Positions 36,431 through 51,600 of a stretch of 64,000 nt of DNA are shown here, in pieces (the stretch's first letter is position 1; each line of letters begins with the position of its first letter). The position numbers and the translations under genes were made by a program. The stretch is taken from contig NC_134028.1 in NCBI RefSeq assembly GCF_964204645.1, forward strand, positions 23,184,345 to 23,248,344. Direction: 5' to 3'. The notes below the pieces were generated by a model. That model was not told the origin of the DNA. It saw nothing but the letters and a program-made list of their open reading frames with translations, and did no database searches. This stretch comes from Tubulanus polymorphus (taxonomy: Eukaryota > Animalia > Nemertea).

Positions 36431-39400
36431 GGCCACTCAGACTCTATCTGTCGGGTGACATAATGGAGATAAACAGATGTAGTAGCAGTAATTAGTTTGA
36501 CGAAATAAATACAATTAATCATTATTTTTCAAACTGATAGAAATACCCTTAATTAGGTCAAATAAGGAATCAAGAACATTTTTGGTAAAGCAGTTTATTG
36601 AAAAATTGAATTTGCCATTGTGATTCAGACCTGGGGGATGCGGACGACACTTTCATCCTTTCTGAAGATAAGAATCTTTCCGGTAACATTTAGCGCGCCA
36701 TCAACGGCCTCTCGGTGAATGTTGATACAACTAGTAAGATATATGTCTTCGCTCGAAAGTCGGATGAAACAAATTTCGAAATTTATGTTTGGTAATCACA
36801 AGCTAGACTGTGAGTACGCCGCAAGATTATGTGCATCTCGGTGTAAAATTTGCTCGAAAATGATTGTTTCGCTAAGGTAAAAGAGTTTCTTTACGATAAA
36901 GCCTAGACACATTTAAATCCCTCCAATAGAAGCCTATGTATACTGTAAATAACATGTTGTAGATATCGTTTGATATGTCTTAAAATGGTTTAGGGTTCTG
37001 GTTTTTTTCTAATTGATTGTAGATACCCGGTACTCTTTTTTCCTCCATATGGAAATAGTTCAAGTGTGTTATAAATAATTGTATTCAGTACAAGTACCCT
37101 GTTTACACCCAATGCCATTCCAAGCCCAAGGGTGACATGGAGACTGTGCAGCCTAAGGTGAGATGACGGTAATTCGGGCGCGGTAATCAAAAAGAAAATG
37201 GACAACACAATATTTATCAGTAGATAGATATATTCTTATTTGGATACAAATATTAGATATGTACAAGTGCATGAAAGTGTAATACAAAGTGAATTGAAGC
37301 CACTATCAACAGCAAACTTAGCTAGATTTCTGTATACAAAAATAACAAATTTACATAACAATTCTTTACAAAACCGCAAACTTTATCAGGACCAGATTTA
37401 CATGACTTTTATATGATATTATTTACAAAGCAAGTTCTACACTCATTATTTTTTTTTGTACAGGCAACTTCATTACATCATCCGTCATAACTTTATCGAG
37501 AAAAATCTTTTTAATATGCAGGCAAGAAATACATCATGCATTGTACATGGATTGTATTATATGCTCAATATTCGGACAGACAGAAAGAAAACAAACGGAT
37601 TATGTCGGCAAACTACCCTCCAGAAAATCATTTCAACCATGAACACTTTGATATATCTTGTTGTAAGTGAACTGGGTCAAGAAATGATGAAATTTGGAAA
37701 CTGAGAAATGCTTAAACAAAGACAAGACGGCGGAATTTAGAGGTTTTAGACCTTAATAAAGCCAACAGATAGAATCGAGGACTTCCTACCTATCTAAAGT
37801 GATACTAAAATGTTCTAAAAATCAAAGAAAACTAAAAATATAGTGACAAATCATAAATCTTATGTAAATACGTGAGATCACTCGGAATATATTAAAGTGA
37901 GAAATGCAACAACGTGTATATTTAAAATGATAAAACATCCGTAGCAGCAGCCAACGCCTTCACAGCAGTGCAACTAGGCCTACTTCTAATATCTAGAATT
38001 ATCTTCCCCGAAGAACAGTAGTAAACAGCTATCACATCAACTGAATGACAAGCATAGAAAGATCTGGGGTGAAATGTTAAGTTAGACCTACGTTCAATTA
38101 AATAGCAAGCTTGAGATAAAGCAAAACGCAATAATCATTAGAATTCGAATATTCATCAACATTTGGTGATAGGATTGTGGCAAGATTTGATTAATACCGT
38201 CGCATTTTCAACATCAATTTATACAAACTAAAGCAAAGAGGAATTGAAGGTATTATTATAGTATGAAAGAAGTGGATGTACCGGTCTTTTTTCCTAAACA
38301 ATAACTCGGGATTCAAGACAATTATGAGAAGACATCGATTAAGATATGTACAAATCCCGAAATTTGTTTTTTATAGCGTGTTTTTTTCCTATCTAATACT
38401 GTTTTATTTCAGAGAACATCGTATCCACTATCGTAATAGATTTTAACGTACATGTATAGAATTTTTAAAACTCACCAAACGATATACAACTTTTTACAAT
38501 AACTAACAATAATTGAACAATAAAATATGAAGAAATCTAATATGGTAAGATTTTTTTGATTTATCTATATATTTGCATTGGCATTTTATTGCAAATTGTT
38601 CACAGGGGTTTGGCTTCGACTGAGAGTTCGTCACTGGATGTCTCTTTTGAGATTTGTAGACACCTCAAAACCGTTAAGAATCAAATTGCTAAAACATCGA
38701 ACATATTTCACGAGTAAATAATTTCGAAAACATAAATGTTCACAATCATACAATTAGTACGCCGTCACTGCAGATTGTAGATCGGTAATCCGATAGTGAA
38801 ATGAACACGAAATCTTGCTTTGTAACCTATATATACAATTCGTCAAATTTGTGGTCATGATAATCATTATCAAAGACAGAATCCACTTCTCTTAAATAAA
38901 TTAATAATAATATATATATCACAGAAATAAACTGCTTATTACAGCAGTGGTTCCGGTAGACAACACAGAGATTCCTTACATAACTAAAATGAAATTAATT
39001 TAAACCTAAAACCGAACGATTTTTTTGTCAGTATCTAGAATCTAATTCAGTATCTATCCTTTTTCATCCCTATATAGCAACGAATGAATACATGTATATT
39101 TCACTGCTAATTTTGTAAGGATCGCACGTATTGTCTTCCAGATCACGTTAAACAATTGCACTTAAATCTCTTTAATTCGTTTTTATCACAAATAACAAAT
39201 ATCATAGTTGTTATCACATCTGTATATATTAAATGCCAGACCATCTGTTGCATACTCACATATTGTACTATACTCATGCTTTACTCTATTGAATTTTAGA
39301 CTTTATTATAAAATTCTTAATAATAATGACAACATTTTCTCCTAGTATATTAGAATTTCGTAAATGCACGTACTCGATAGAAGTGAAATCGATGCATAAT

Positions 39401-39659
39401 ATCTACTTTTCATAATCTTACAGCGGCATAATTTCAAATTAGAAAAACTAAGCTGATTAACCCTCTCAGCGCCAATCCCGTTTATAACTGGCATGGACCA
39501 TCTATCGGCTATCAGTGGCTCTATGTTGTAATGCAAATAAAGCTATTACGGCAATAGAAATTCTCCAGTCACAATTAATAGTTCCAATCATGCAAAAACT
39601 CCGTATGCAACAGTAAACTGTTTTAGGAAGATGGTTATTTTGTTGAATGAGTTTTGTTG

Positions 39660-42600
39660 TCATACACCGCTGTCTGAAAGGGTAAAATTATCTTCCTTGA
39701 GCGGCAACATAGTTAACGAACTAACGCTGAGCGTATCAATACGTGTCACGTGATCACCGTCATCGTCGCTATCGATTAGATGATCGCGTTCGGTGACTTC
39801 TGATTGGTTGTTCCATTGTTCGGAAGAGTCACCGGTGGTGTCCTCTATTGTCAATAACGTGTCGGTACACCGAGGGTGCTCGACGTGCACATCAGGATAG
39901 GTACATGTTGGTATATGATCGTCGGTATCGTGTTCATCGTACGGCAACGATGACGAATATCGTCTGCTGTTCTTCTCGTCGTACGAGTCGCGATCGTGAC
40001 TCGAGTCGCCGCGACGACCGTCGTTCGTTTCTTTGATTTCGTTATCACAAATTCGCGCGGATGACGACGGATGATAACCGTGCGCCGAACCGACTGATCC
40101 ACCATCGCTTGCAATACTAGATTTATCGACGGACGGATGTTGATCGAGAAACGCACAGAGCGGGTCATCGTTGAACAAACTCGGGCTGACGCACAACGGA
40201 GACGGAATAGTGCTATGACTCGGTGTGGAGCCATGTGATTCGATCGATAGGTTCATATTTGATCGTTGCGGGGTTGAAGCTGCGCTGGTGGGTTTAAGCG
40301 TCGGCGGTGGGAGAAACTGTAGTTCGATATCGTCCGGTATGGTCGGCTGCGACCGATGGCGTAAGTTGCTCAAATCGCTGCTCGGTGGGGGATTGAACAT
40401 GAACGTGAAACTAGGATCACTGCCGTGTCGTCTGTGATCGTGCACCGGTTCCGGGGGTGATAACAAGTCCTGATCGGTAATCGAATCGCGACTGTGCGGC
40501 CGCGATTTCAATGCCGCGTTAGCCTGCAGTAGTTTCGGGGCTCGCACTTTCTCAGGTGTCGGCGGAGGTTTCACCGTTTCGGCTTCGTCGTCCGAATTAT
40601 TGTCGCTTCCTTCGTTAGTTAAACTGACGTATTCTTTCATTGCGCTCGGAGTCATACTGCATTTATCTGAAAACAGATATCAACGTCGGATATTAAAGTT
40701 TTGCCCGAACCTCGTCGCGAAGCCTTATATCATCGACGCTCTTGGAGTCAAAATGGCGCAAAAAGTATGTAATTGGCAAAATGTATTTATGCAATTTATT
40801 TGTTGTTGAACGTAGATTGTACCAAGTGCTCACAAATGTACAGACTTGTAAGTGATTAAACATATATTATATATATTGTGATGCAGGGATTGTCCTCTGT
40901 AGTGAGTACGATACATGTAATGTGATACGTGATTGTGAATTCTATCGTGCAAATGTTTTAATCATTTAATCTTTGATAGGGAAATCATTCACAGCCTATA
41001 TTTGATATCTATACACTTGCAGTCACTAGTTTATTTCTTAGGAAATTGACTTCAACACTTTCCCTCTACCCTCGGATTGACGAAGAGATATGCGAACACC
41101 ATATACCACAAAATAGACACAACTGCGACAAGTTTAGGAATATATAGATATAGAATGGAAAAAAGGTAAAATACTCATGCCAATATAAAGCATTCAAAGT
41201 ACCAAATAAATATTACAGAAAGATCGTTCATAAAACTGACAACATTTTAAAGGTTTGGAGGTAGCAAGACTGATTGGCTAAAGACTGACTCAAATGACTC
41301 GATGACTCTCAATATTAGCAATATATATATATGTTATTTTTGCATTAGATTCAGGGGATAATTGGTGGACCTTAAACGGTACTGACAATGTTCGGGAAAT
41401 AAATGTGCAGGTTCTACGTTGTTTTTTTTCTTGTTGAATTAATGAATAGTTTGAATATGTCCACAGCTTGACCAAAATACACTGACAACAGAGATCACTT
41501 TATCCCGCGTGTTTGTGAGAGGTTGTAGTAATAATGTTCGACAATCAAATGAAAAAAAAAACACCAACGAAAACGAACCTAAGATGAAAGAATGGAATTT
41601 TATAGGTCTGAATTTACGGCGATTGCCTGAAAACAAATGCGCATGATTAGGTTAGAGATCCGTTTGAAAATGTAAATGAAATGAATACGTTTTAGAGATG
41701 AAGTAGAGAAAGAGTTGAAAAGATTGTCGACAGGTTTATTCATCCGGAGTTCATCAATTTACCTTGTGATTTCTGATCTTCGAGGTCGCCGTTGGACGCG
41801 GCGCCGTCCGGATCTGTGCTCGGCGGTTCGACGCTGAATGTGAAGTTAGTCGGTAGAGACGTTTGTTTACATACGGGTTGATGTTGACCGTCGTTTGGCG
41901 AGGCGGTGCTCGCGTTATCCGCATCGGAACCCTACAAAAAGTCGAAATAACACGAATATTCACATACCGGGACATATAGACATTTGTGTATCTGAGATTT
42001 ATTCAGTGTTTACTCTTGAGAATGATATTTGTTTCGATAATGAATAGTACAGGTAAATATTAGTAGTGATGATTTATTGTTTATCAAAGTGAGTAGGTGT
42101 GTTCGTTTGGCTGACCGAGTCAATAGACGCTTCCGTTAAAACAGTCCTGTCGAAAACAATATGACAGCATCCGCTCAGAACGGTTACATCATAGAAATCT
42201 AAACTTCAGTTTACATTTCTATGGTTATACGGATATATATATATAGTACTATTCAACGATTTTCTCAGCTATCAGCCTCGATCACACGGAGACGATTTCA
42301 CCCAGGCAAAACTGGCCCGCACCAAACGCGAGTCAAATTTGGCTCTTGTTTAATCAGAGGTAGTTGCTGTGGTAAGCGAAGTAAGTCACTTCCGTGACCG
42401 GTTAGCTTTCTCAAGGAATAACTGAACCCGTGCGGGAATGGTACTGGCCTGACGCCACATTTTTGTTCGAGCCCGATTTGGCTGGCGTCAAACAACCACG
42501 GAACCATTTGTGATCGGTGTGAATGGCTGGCCAGGGTCAAAAGCGCTCGGTCTCCCAAATGAACATGGTTCAAATATTCTGATAACGAATCGCAAAGTCT

Positions 42601-45600
42601 TTACTAAAGATCAAATCTTAAAATGAAAAGGTGCATATATTGTATGCGGTGACCATCATGCAGCAAAAACCGACAATTATTGATGAAAATTCAGGTGCGC
42701 TTAAAATAGAGAGACTTCCACTTTCACAAGACGCGTCAACAATCCTTCACTGTAGAATAAAATCGACACCACGAGCAGATAAATGTTACACCATTCAGAT
42801 AGTAAAAATATGAGTGAAAAGTATGAATACAGATATATCAAACTGACACCTAATATCACAATAAATACCAGGGGCCGAATTAACTGCAGTGACGTGAACT
42901 CGTCACCATAACCCCGAACATAAGTGAATGCTGATGCAGTATTCGAGTATTGTATCGAGTAAAGGGACATTCATCCCTGAAGAAGCAGGGTTACGCAGCC
43001 AAACAAGTAATGGATAGATTGTTTTATACGATCAGCCTAAAAACATCGAACATCGAAAAATAAAAACTTGTCACAAATTCATGTTTTCAATAAGATTCGA
43101 TTGTGTATATTTTGTGTACTTTAGTTTATCCTCAGGCTGTCAAGACAGTGGTCACTTCATAAAACGTGCAGGGGGAGGGGGGTAGGAATCAAATTTACGT
43201 CTTCCTAGTACTTCGGTAGGCCGATTCTATAGATGGCTGGCATACAGTAGGGAATCTACTCGATCTATACAATACAATATTTGTTCTTTTTTCTATGGTC
43301 AATGGTTTCACTTATGCTACGTGGTAATGCCTGAATGTCTTCAGGTATCATTTTCTAGTACTTTCGCCATCAAGACCTGCATCAACTTCTTAGGTGACAG
43401 TGCCATAACATATACCAAGGATATGGAGATCTGAAACACCCTGACACAAGAATTTAGGAAGATTCGTGATACTTCTTTTGCAGGTGGAAAAAAGTCTTAT
43501 TGGAAAAATAGGAAAAATTACTCCATTTGTACCCAAAATTGAAAGATTTGTAGGAAAAACCCTGGCAGGGGAAATTAGGCCGCTTGACAGCCTATGTGAA
43601 ACAAACTGTGGCCCGATGAGTTTACCAACTCATCAGTATTAACATCTATTGTTTCAGATTTTCTAGGAATACCATGAATTTTGTGACAGTTCGAGAAGAA
43701 ATGTAATATATTATGGAGCAGATTTTTGTGGTGACCTGTACATATTCCATGCATCGTTGCCTGGCCACTATCTTAGTCGGCGTGTAATAATATATAACAC
43801 CGGTCTCGCTGCATACGGATAAACTCTGTAGATTGGCGCCAAATCCGAACTTGTATCTGCGATTTCGGGCAGCCTATATTCAGTAGCAAACAGATCATTG
43901 TGAAAGCACCATAGAATCAACTATTGAATCATCATCAGACATACAATACACGCACACTATAAGAAAACTGTCAACCTCGCCAAAAACAAACAAAATATTC
44001 AGCAAATTAAAGTTGGATTTTACTAAATGATAACATATAATTGTGTTGAAACGATAAGATTAAACCTATTCGACAGTTGCGTGTTAAAAACACATGACAA
44101 TTTCTGTTTAGCCGTAAAGTATCAAAATATGTCTATGTACATGTACCTATTTTTCATACGCGGAGCGCTGAGATAATATACACTAAATACCGAAAAAAGC
44201 GTTTCTGCCTAAATCTAAAAACAACAAGTAATCATATTGATTGGTAAATAATAATGCGTGGTCAGGTGAACACGAAAGGAAATACAGCTAATAATGAACC
44301 ATTAAGGTACAGTCAATGATAACAGTTGGCGATGTCACATTTCGATAACGTCAATGAATTATATATACACCAGGATTCCTATTGATCGGTGAATTTAACG
44401 GATGATAAAGTGAAATGTACCTCATCTGAAAGGGGGAATTTCTGCTGTTGAAGTAGTTCGGCTTGGATCCGGGCGGCTTCAGCCTCTTCTTCCAGCTCTC
44501 TTTGTACTTCGGCTTCGAGTTCGGCATCATCGTCCATGTGTTTATGAGACTCCTGAAATTAGCAGAATCCCACGTCTAGAACTGCTAGGCTCTCTCAGTG
44601 AAATGCCAATTTCGGATCGAAGGTATACCCGACCCAAAATTTACATGTTCATGTATTTACTTTCATCGGCCAAAGCAAGACTATGGATACTTTTGTATCG
44701 TTTGATATCAAACATGCTTCTAAATGACGGGACATTTTCTAGGAATTCGACAGAAGTCATTTTCTGCGTCGGAAAATACACCACAGGACAACACTGTCAC
44801 CAGCAGCTAAAAATCGACACTGAATCAGCCAATACTAAATAGAATAGAAAGACTTCGGGATAATGCAGAAAAATCGCAGTCACCTAAACAAGAGCAGCGC
44901 GTATAGAATAAAGGAGGAAAAGTTGCATGCGGTCATTTTTTGGAAGCGAAGTCAACTATTAAACGTGGACTTGATTAACAGGACTTGACGTAACAGCAAA
45001 CCGTGTTAGTCCTAATTTCAATTGGCATGCTATTAGCGTTAATCGTTATTAAGGAGGGAAATCTGAGCGATCGGTTCGTGTGACGATTGCCTTATTCCAG
45101 ATATTCGTATATGAATACTTCTTCAAAATGACCAGATCTCCCTACAACAAGCAGTTATAGGTTTGACTACTGAAGCTACCTGCCATAAGCGCACTTCACA
45201 TATACAGTTCATGATCGCCATAAGCAGAACGTTATGAAAGACCACCACATTCATCAAATCATTCGTAATATCCATGAAAACGATTTCGGGTTTTTTTTCT
45301 AAGTATTTGATAGGTTTGAATGAGGTATGTATTTGCAGAGATATACAATTCCTACAGAGTGATTATGATTTGACAGGTAACTTCAGAAGGGTTCGGTTTC
45401 GTTCTCAATTCCGATTTTCATTCAAATTACATCATTTTGTAGCCTTGAGAATTGTTCTTTTTTTTGTAGAAATTAGATATCTATCTATCGATTATTTTCT
45501 AATGAAGTATAATGCATCATAAGTAATGCCTATGGTGATCTGAATGAAGGAATAAAAGCCACATTGTGCAATATGATGAAAATTGGAAATGACAACAAAT

Positions 45601-48600
45601 TCAATTTTCTGCTATTCACTCTAATCCTCGTTTGGTGTGAACAGAGACATTGATTTTAAACTATATGGAAAACAGCACCTCAATATTTTTAGCTCGATTT
45701 TTGAGTCTACGCTCTATAAGGATGAATAACGGCTTAAAAAAAGAAAAAATAAGGCACCATTATAACCGGCGGGTCAATTAAGATCTGTTAAAATAGGTTC
45801 CTAGGATTTGATGATGACGGACAACGACAAAATACCGTTTAGCCATTCGTGAAGGCCGGAAACAGTCAGAAATGAGTGAATGAGTTCTCAGCTATAGGTA
45901 GGATTTCATATGCAGAAAGTATAGAAATCAAACGATTTTGAAAAGTTGTTTTTGACATATTTTGTTAGTGAGATTTAGTGAATATTTCACTGGTGAGGCA
46001 GCATAACAGGTCTACTATACGAAGTATCGAACACAGTTTCAAGTCTAGGACCAGTAAAGTTTGAGGCGGCGGCAATCGGAACCAGAGACACCGCAAAGCA
46101 TCAAACCAGTTAAACAGAACGGAGACGCGAGAGGAGCGGCGAATACACGTGACTCACCTCGAGATGTTTCATCAGAACAGCGACGACGACGTTCACCAGA
46201 ACAAACTGCGCCATTAAGACGAACACGACGAAGTAAACCGGTGAAATGATCGGACTGACGCAACAGTTCTTCACACAATCATCCGTAGAATCACAATCTT
46301 CGCGTAACGTATCCTAGAAAAAGATCAGATCGACATAAGAGGAAAACAAAGCGAGCTCCCATCATCCGGTTCCTCTTCATTGCCAAACTTCCCAGCTTTA
46401 CGTCTTATAATGACTTCCCCCATATCTGAACAAGTTCCCCTTTCTAATTAGTTCTGGCTCCGTTACGACTTTGGGCTCTGCAGTCTGGTAATCAACCTTG
46501 TTAACTCGTTGAACTTGCTAAAAGAAACCTTTACCACAAATTAGATTAAGTTCCCCAGTTCGGGTACACCGGAGTTTTTTATCTTCGTCCTCCTGTCTGA
46601 TTTCTATTCTTGCGTATATGATTAATACATTTAGTACTCTCTTCGTTTGTTTCTAATACCATTTATGTATGTACAATCTATCTGTATTTACTTTATTGCA
46701 AACGGCTGATTGTTATTTGTTTATAAGAACCCAATGGAATATCTATTCGATTGAACTGATTAATGCTGGACCCTTCCAACTAGGATCGCTAGACTCTACT
46801 TACTTTCATGATGCCATTCCAGTTGTCTCCCGTAGCTACACGAAAAAGCGTCAGGAACGCCATTCCGAAGTTCTCAAAGTGGGCGTGCATGCCCAGTCCC
46901 TCGCAGGGGTGTTCGTGCGAACATTCTACAAGCGAAATAAACGATATTTCTTATTTTCAAATATCTACACCGAGTCCAGTACGGTACATGGGACTAATCG
47001 AATGACGCCTTACCGAGTCTACCGAACAATTCAACTCCCAGGGCGGCGAATATAAAGAACAGCAAAAAGAACAGAAGGCCCAGATTTCCGACTTGTGGCA
47101 GAGCTTGAATAACAGTATCTAACAGTGCGCGTATTCCCTTCGCCATTTTCAGAAGTTTCAATACTGCAAGACATAAAATAGGCTCAGAATTGGCTCATGT
47201 TGAGTCTTCTTTATGGAACAAGTCCAGCCAATGACGGATAATACAGGCCCGTAGCCCGTGAGGAAGTGTGGGTGGGTTCGTTTTCTAATTAAGCTGGAAC
47301 TAAACGCGGGCGTGAGGCCCACCACCAGTTTAAGTCTTGAAAATTTGATGTTCAGATTTGGTTTCAAAGTGATAACCACTGATATAACGAACGTTCAAAT
47401 ATGAAGAAATTCAATTTACCTTTCAGCCTAATATTCTTTTTTCATTAAAAAAGGAGCGGGACTAATTTTCTTTGAAATAACAAATTACGGGCTTGATATC
47501 ATATACATGAACATATATACACATACCTCTTGCTATTCGAAGTACCCTCATTACCCTGATGATGGTTGGGTTGATAGGAATTACATCAGATTCCATCTCC
47601 TCTAATATGATTCCAATTATAGACAGAATAACAATTATTATGTCCAATTGATTCCAGCTGAAATGGATATACAGCGTAAGACGTTAGATCGGAGAATATC
47701 TTCATCTGAATTTATCCATGGAATGAAAAATGCTCGAGGGAATGTATTTCAATAATGACAAATAAAAGGCAGGAAAAGGAATGTATCAAGAAGCTGGAAC
47801 TGGGAGGCTCAATATAGACATTATTGATAGTACTGTGTTTACACAAAAAAAGACAAAAACTCGGTGGAAGAAATGGATGAATAAAGTAAGGGCACAGCAC
47901 AGACGACAGAACTTTAAGCAATTGAATGGACCTATAAAAAGAGCACAGTGAGCTGAAAAACGTGAACTACACGCACTCTGTGTCTTCAAATATATGAACC
48001 AGACAGAAAAAAAAACCATTTTCGAGAAGTGAGAATCATCAACACGCTCTCGACCGGTAAGAATAGGGTAAAAACAACATTCATTTATGATGGACGTACC
48101 CAGCACTGAATCACAAAATGACAAGAAAGAAAAGAAGACAAAATGACACTGATTGGTGAAATGATTCAGGTTCGATTCTTCCATTTATATATAGTACAAC
48201 TAAACAGGTCCTAACTAATTTACATAATCATGCATATGTAGACAAAGCTTATAAGCATAGAATCATAGTCTATGGTCTATAAGATCGATAACGAGGATAT
48301 CGAGAGGGAAATCTAATTGATGTCGACATTTTGTTGACTTCGAGTGATTGAGTTTTTTTATAGATCGATCGACGAATTTACCTGTCTTTCATGTAGCGAC
48401 GGAACCCGAGAGCTACGATTTTTAAAATCGCTTCCAATATGAACACAGACGTGAAGAAATAGTTGAATATTTTCAACGCATATTCCAGTTCCTGCACGAA
48501 GAAATTTAAAAACAGTGAAAATACATATGTGCATATTCGGAGTTGACGTCGCCGAAATGGACCACATGATTTCTACCAGCTACCGAAGATACGAACCTTG

Positions 48601-51600
48601 GGCATCATGTAATACTCTAAAGCCATGGTTATAACGTTCAGCCCGATTACACCGGCTATTGCCAGATCGAAGTACTTGCTGTTACAGATTTTATGGCATA
48701 CGAGTCGACTCGGTGAAAAATCAGCCCAATACGGCGGTTCCCTCATTTCTGTAGGAAAAAAAGATAAACTTCAATTATTGTTCCTAGCTCAGAAATGAAA
48801 ACTCTCATGACATTTAATTCCCCAAACGTTCATAAAACCTGGATACATGAAATGAAGTGAAGCCACCCTTTTACGCATGACATTTCCCAACAACAGGTTT
48901 AAATTTCAAGGACCTAACTGATGAGAGTAAATTGATTTTTAAAAGTGACTGCGTACTCCAAGCAAGATTTTTGTTCAAATACCCAATGAGTGCTTACACG
49001 ATAAAAGCGATAGTTAGAAATTGAAGATTGAAAGATTTCGTTAAGATGGGACATAAAATACACAGAATTTCCCGAAATGTATATTTCATGAGCAATTTTC
49101 TTATTGATATAATGTATATGCCAGCAGTAAAAAGAAAAAAATCTATTCTTATTCAAGCAGTCACATGCATCCATTCTCTTTTCAAACGAAATCTAAATAC
49201 TATAAACTAACCTGTCTCCTATTGTTATATTGTATATCAAAGACACATGCTCGATATGTATGTATATATGATTCCATTGGAGAAAAACAGGTGCCTGCAT
49301 GCTTTCTTTTGCGAAAACTTACCAGTTCCGATCGCGGAATATCTCTATTTACGAATGAAACTAACAACAAGCGAATAAAGCTATTCGGAAACATGGTTCA
49401 AAGATCTTTTTCTTCTGATCGAAATCGATTCAGGTTACTGTTAATAGTCCGATTATATGAATGTACTTAATGCACACATGTATCAAATACTAACATCGAT
49501 CGGGTAGGGACACGATGACGTGGGTTGTGTTCAGAAACTAACATGAACTGGTGCTGGACACGACTTCTGTGATAACTATTTATAGATGGGACATGCGACA
49601 ATACAAACACAAGAGATGATACAATTATACTGAGTCTGGCTGGCTCCGGTAAAAAAAATATATCCGATATTCTTCCGCTGAAATCTTCTAAAGCTTAAGT
49701 AATAGTTCATATAAATATATATATATACATTGTGCTATCATTCATCTTTCAACTCTTGCCTTTTCCAAACCATGTTTTCGTCCGCACGGAAAATGTGCAG
49801 CAAATGTTAAGTCTTAAAAGCGAAAAGAGTTTCTTAATGTGTCGACCTTATCATTCTGAAATTCTAGAACAAAGTCTAACAGTGAAGACTTCTCGTAATA
49901 ACAACTCAGAGTGAAATGAACTCATCAACAACCCACCGGGTACACAGACAAATCAAAGACAAAACTGAGGAACATAACAAAACTAACAGAAAATGTAGTT
50001 AGATAAACAGAGACGATTTGGGATTCTATGTATCAATAAGTAAACAGCGCTGAACTTGTGGTTATCTTCGAAATAGTTTAAGAAATGAAAGTTAAAGATT
50101 TAGCCATACGTGAAAATGATATTGGTTATGAAAAACTGATTAAGCAAGTGATGAATACATGTATCTTATTGAAAGTTTGTGTAAGCCCTCGAATGGACAA
50201 TCTCTACGCTGGCTGGCAAATATCAGTGATCTGTGAAGATTTTAGTAAACATGAAGTGAATATTATAATCCGTAAAGAATGGCGACTTAATCAAGCAGAA
50301 GATCAGAAAGATCCTATGCATGTAAGAATACATGTACTGTTTTACTCTTAGTAATATTTCATGATCGATTAAGGTAGGTCAAAGATTACGAGAAATGCAG
50401 ATGCGCCGTGAAGTGCTGATCACTCTTACAGAAATCCACCGCAAAATGAATAATCATGCGCCTAAACCACACTGCCTATAGTCGTACGCAACATAAATAG
50501 ATGTATGAATGAACTAAAGATGTAATAAAAGAAAAAGAAACTTTGTGTTTGCACTTGAATGTCGAAGATGTAAAAATCTAAATTGTGAACCAGAGTGATG
50601 CTATGAAAAAGGTAAAGATGAAGAAAACAATATTATCATAATTTACCGTGAAGAATTGTTCGTAAACATTGAAATGACGTAAAAGTTGAAAATGTGTGCT
50701 GAATCACCGGTGAATGTTGTATAATATACATATGTAAATATATGTGATGACTATATAAGTAAAATTCATGCAATGCTTATCGTAAAAGCATGGAATTAGC
50801 CAGACTCAGTATACAAGTACCAACCAAGCACTTCGTTTGGTTCGTTCATACTCTTTCGTTTCTTTTCAAGTTTTCTCGCTCGTTTCGCGTCGCGTCGAGC
50901 CTTCTCCTCTTTCTCCTGGTTTTCGCGGCATTTGTGGAAGTTTTCGACGACGACACCGACGAACATGTTCAACACGAAGAACCCGACCAGCAATAGGAAT
51001 GATATGAAGTAAAGCAGACGCCATTCGTTGTAATTTTCAATCGGCTGCAAAAAAAAACAGTTCAATATATTGCATTATTTCTATTGTAGCGGACGCTCCA
51101 GGGTGCACACGGCAGGTGATAGGGCACACCGCCCTGAGAGGCACACAACCTGAGAATTATCATATCTATTGTAAGGTAGGGCGCACAGCAGGCGACACGG
51201 CACACAGCATAGTAATATATGTTGTATTATCATTTCTGTTGTGAGGAACTGATGAAATAGCTGTACCGTGGGCTACAGTAGAGTTTTGCACTGGCATAGT
51301 CTCGATGCCATCAGTTTTGAATCCCTGAGGATGGAAAAACTATAGATTTGTTAATACTTTACCTGAATATTGACACCAACAGCATCAATACCAGTATACA
51401 TTATGCTAACCCAGCCATCTTTGGAAGCAAGAACGAACAGAGCCATCAAAGCCTACAATCAAAAATAGTGATTACCTTCATTATGATGTACAGGATGTAG
51501 CCATGGAACTAAACCCGGCCACAAGCACAACACTTTACCTGTCCTAGATTGTCAAAATTGTATTTTCTATTGACCCACATATTTTCAGGATCAGATTCGC

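Noticed and set aside
46315-47526. Apparent absence of Cav3 domain IV S5/P-loop from the ORF track, suggesting a truncated channel
   Set aside because: Manual reading finds intact exons 47014-47163 and 46804-46925 ([16 protein letters not shown]); they simply lack start codons
49323-49360. Possible Cav3 III-IV linker microexon (strong GTAAGT donor on -)
   Set aside because: Nearby acceptors give 20, 22, 38 or 58 nt, none frame-preserving; it cannot be supported without RNA data
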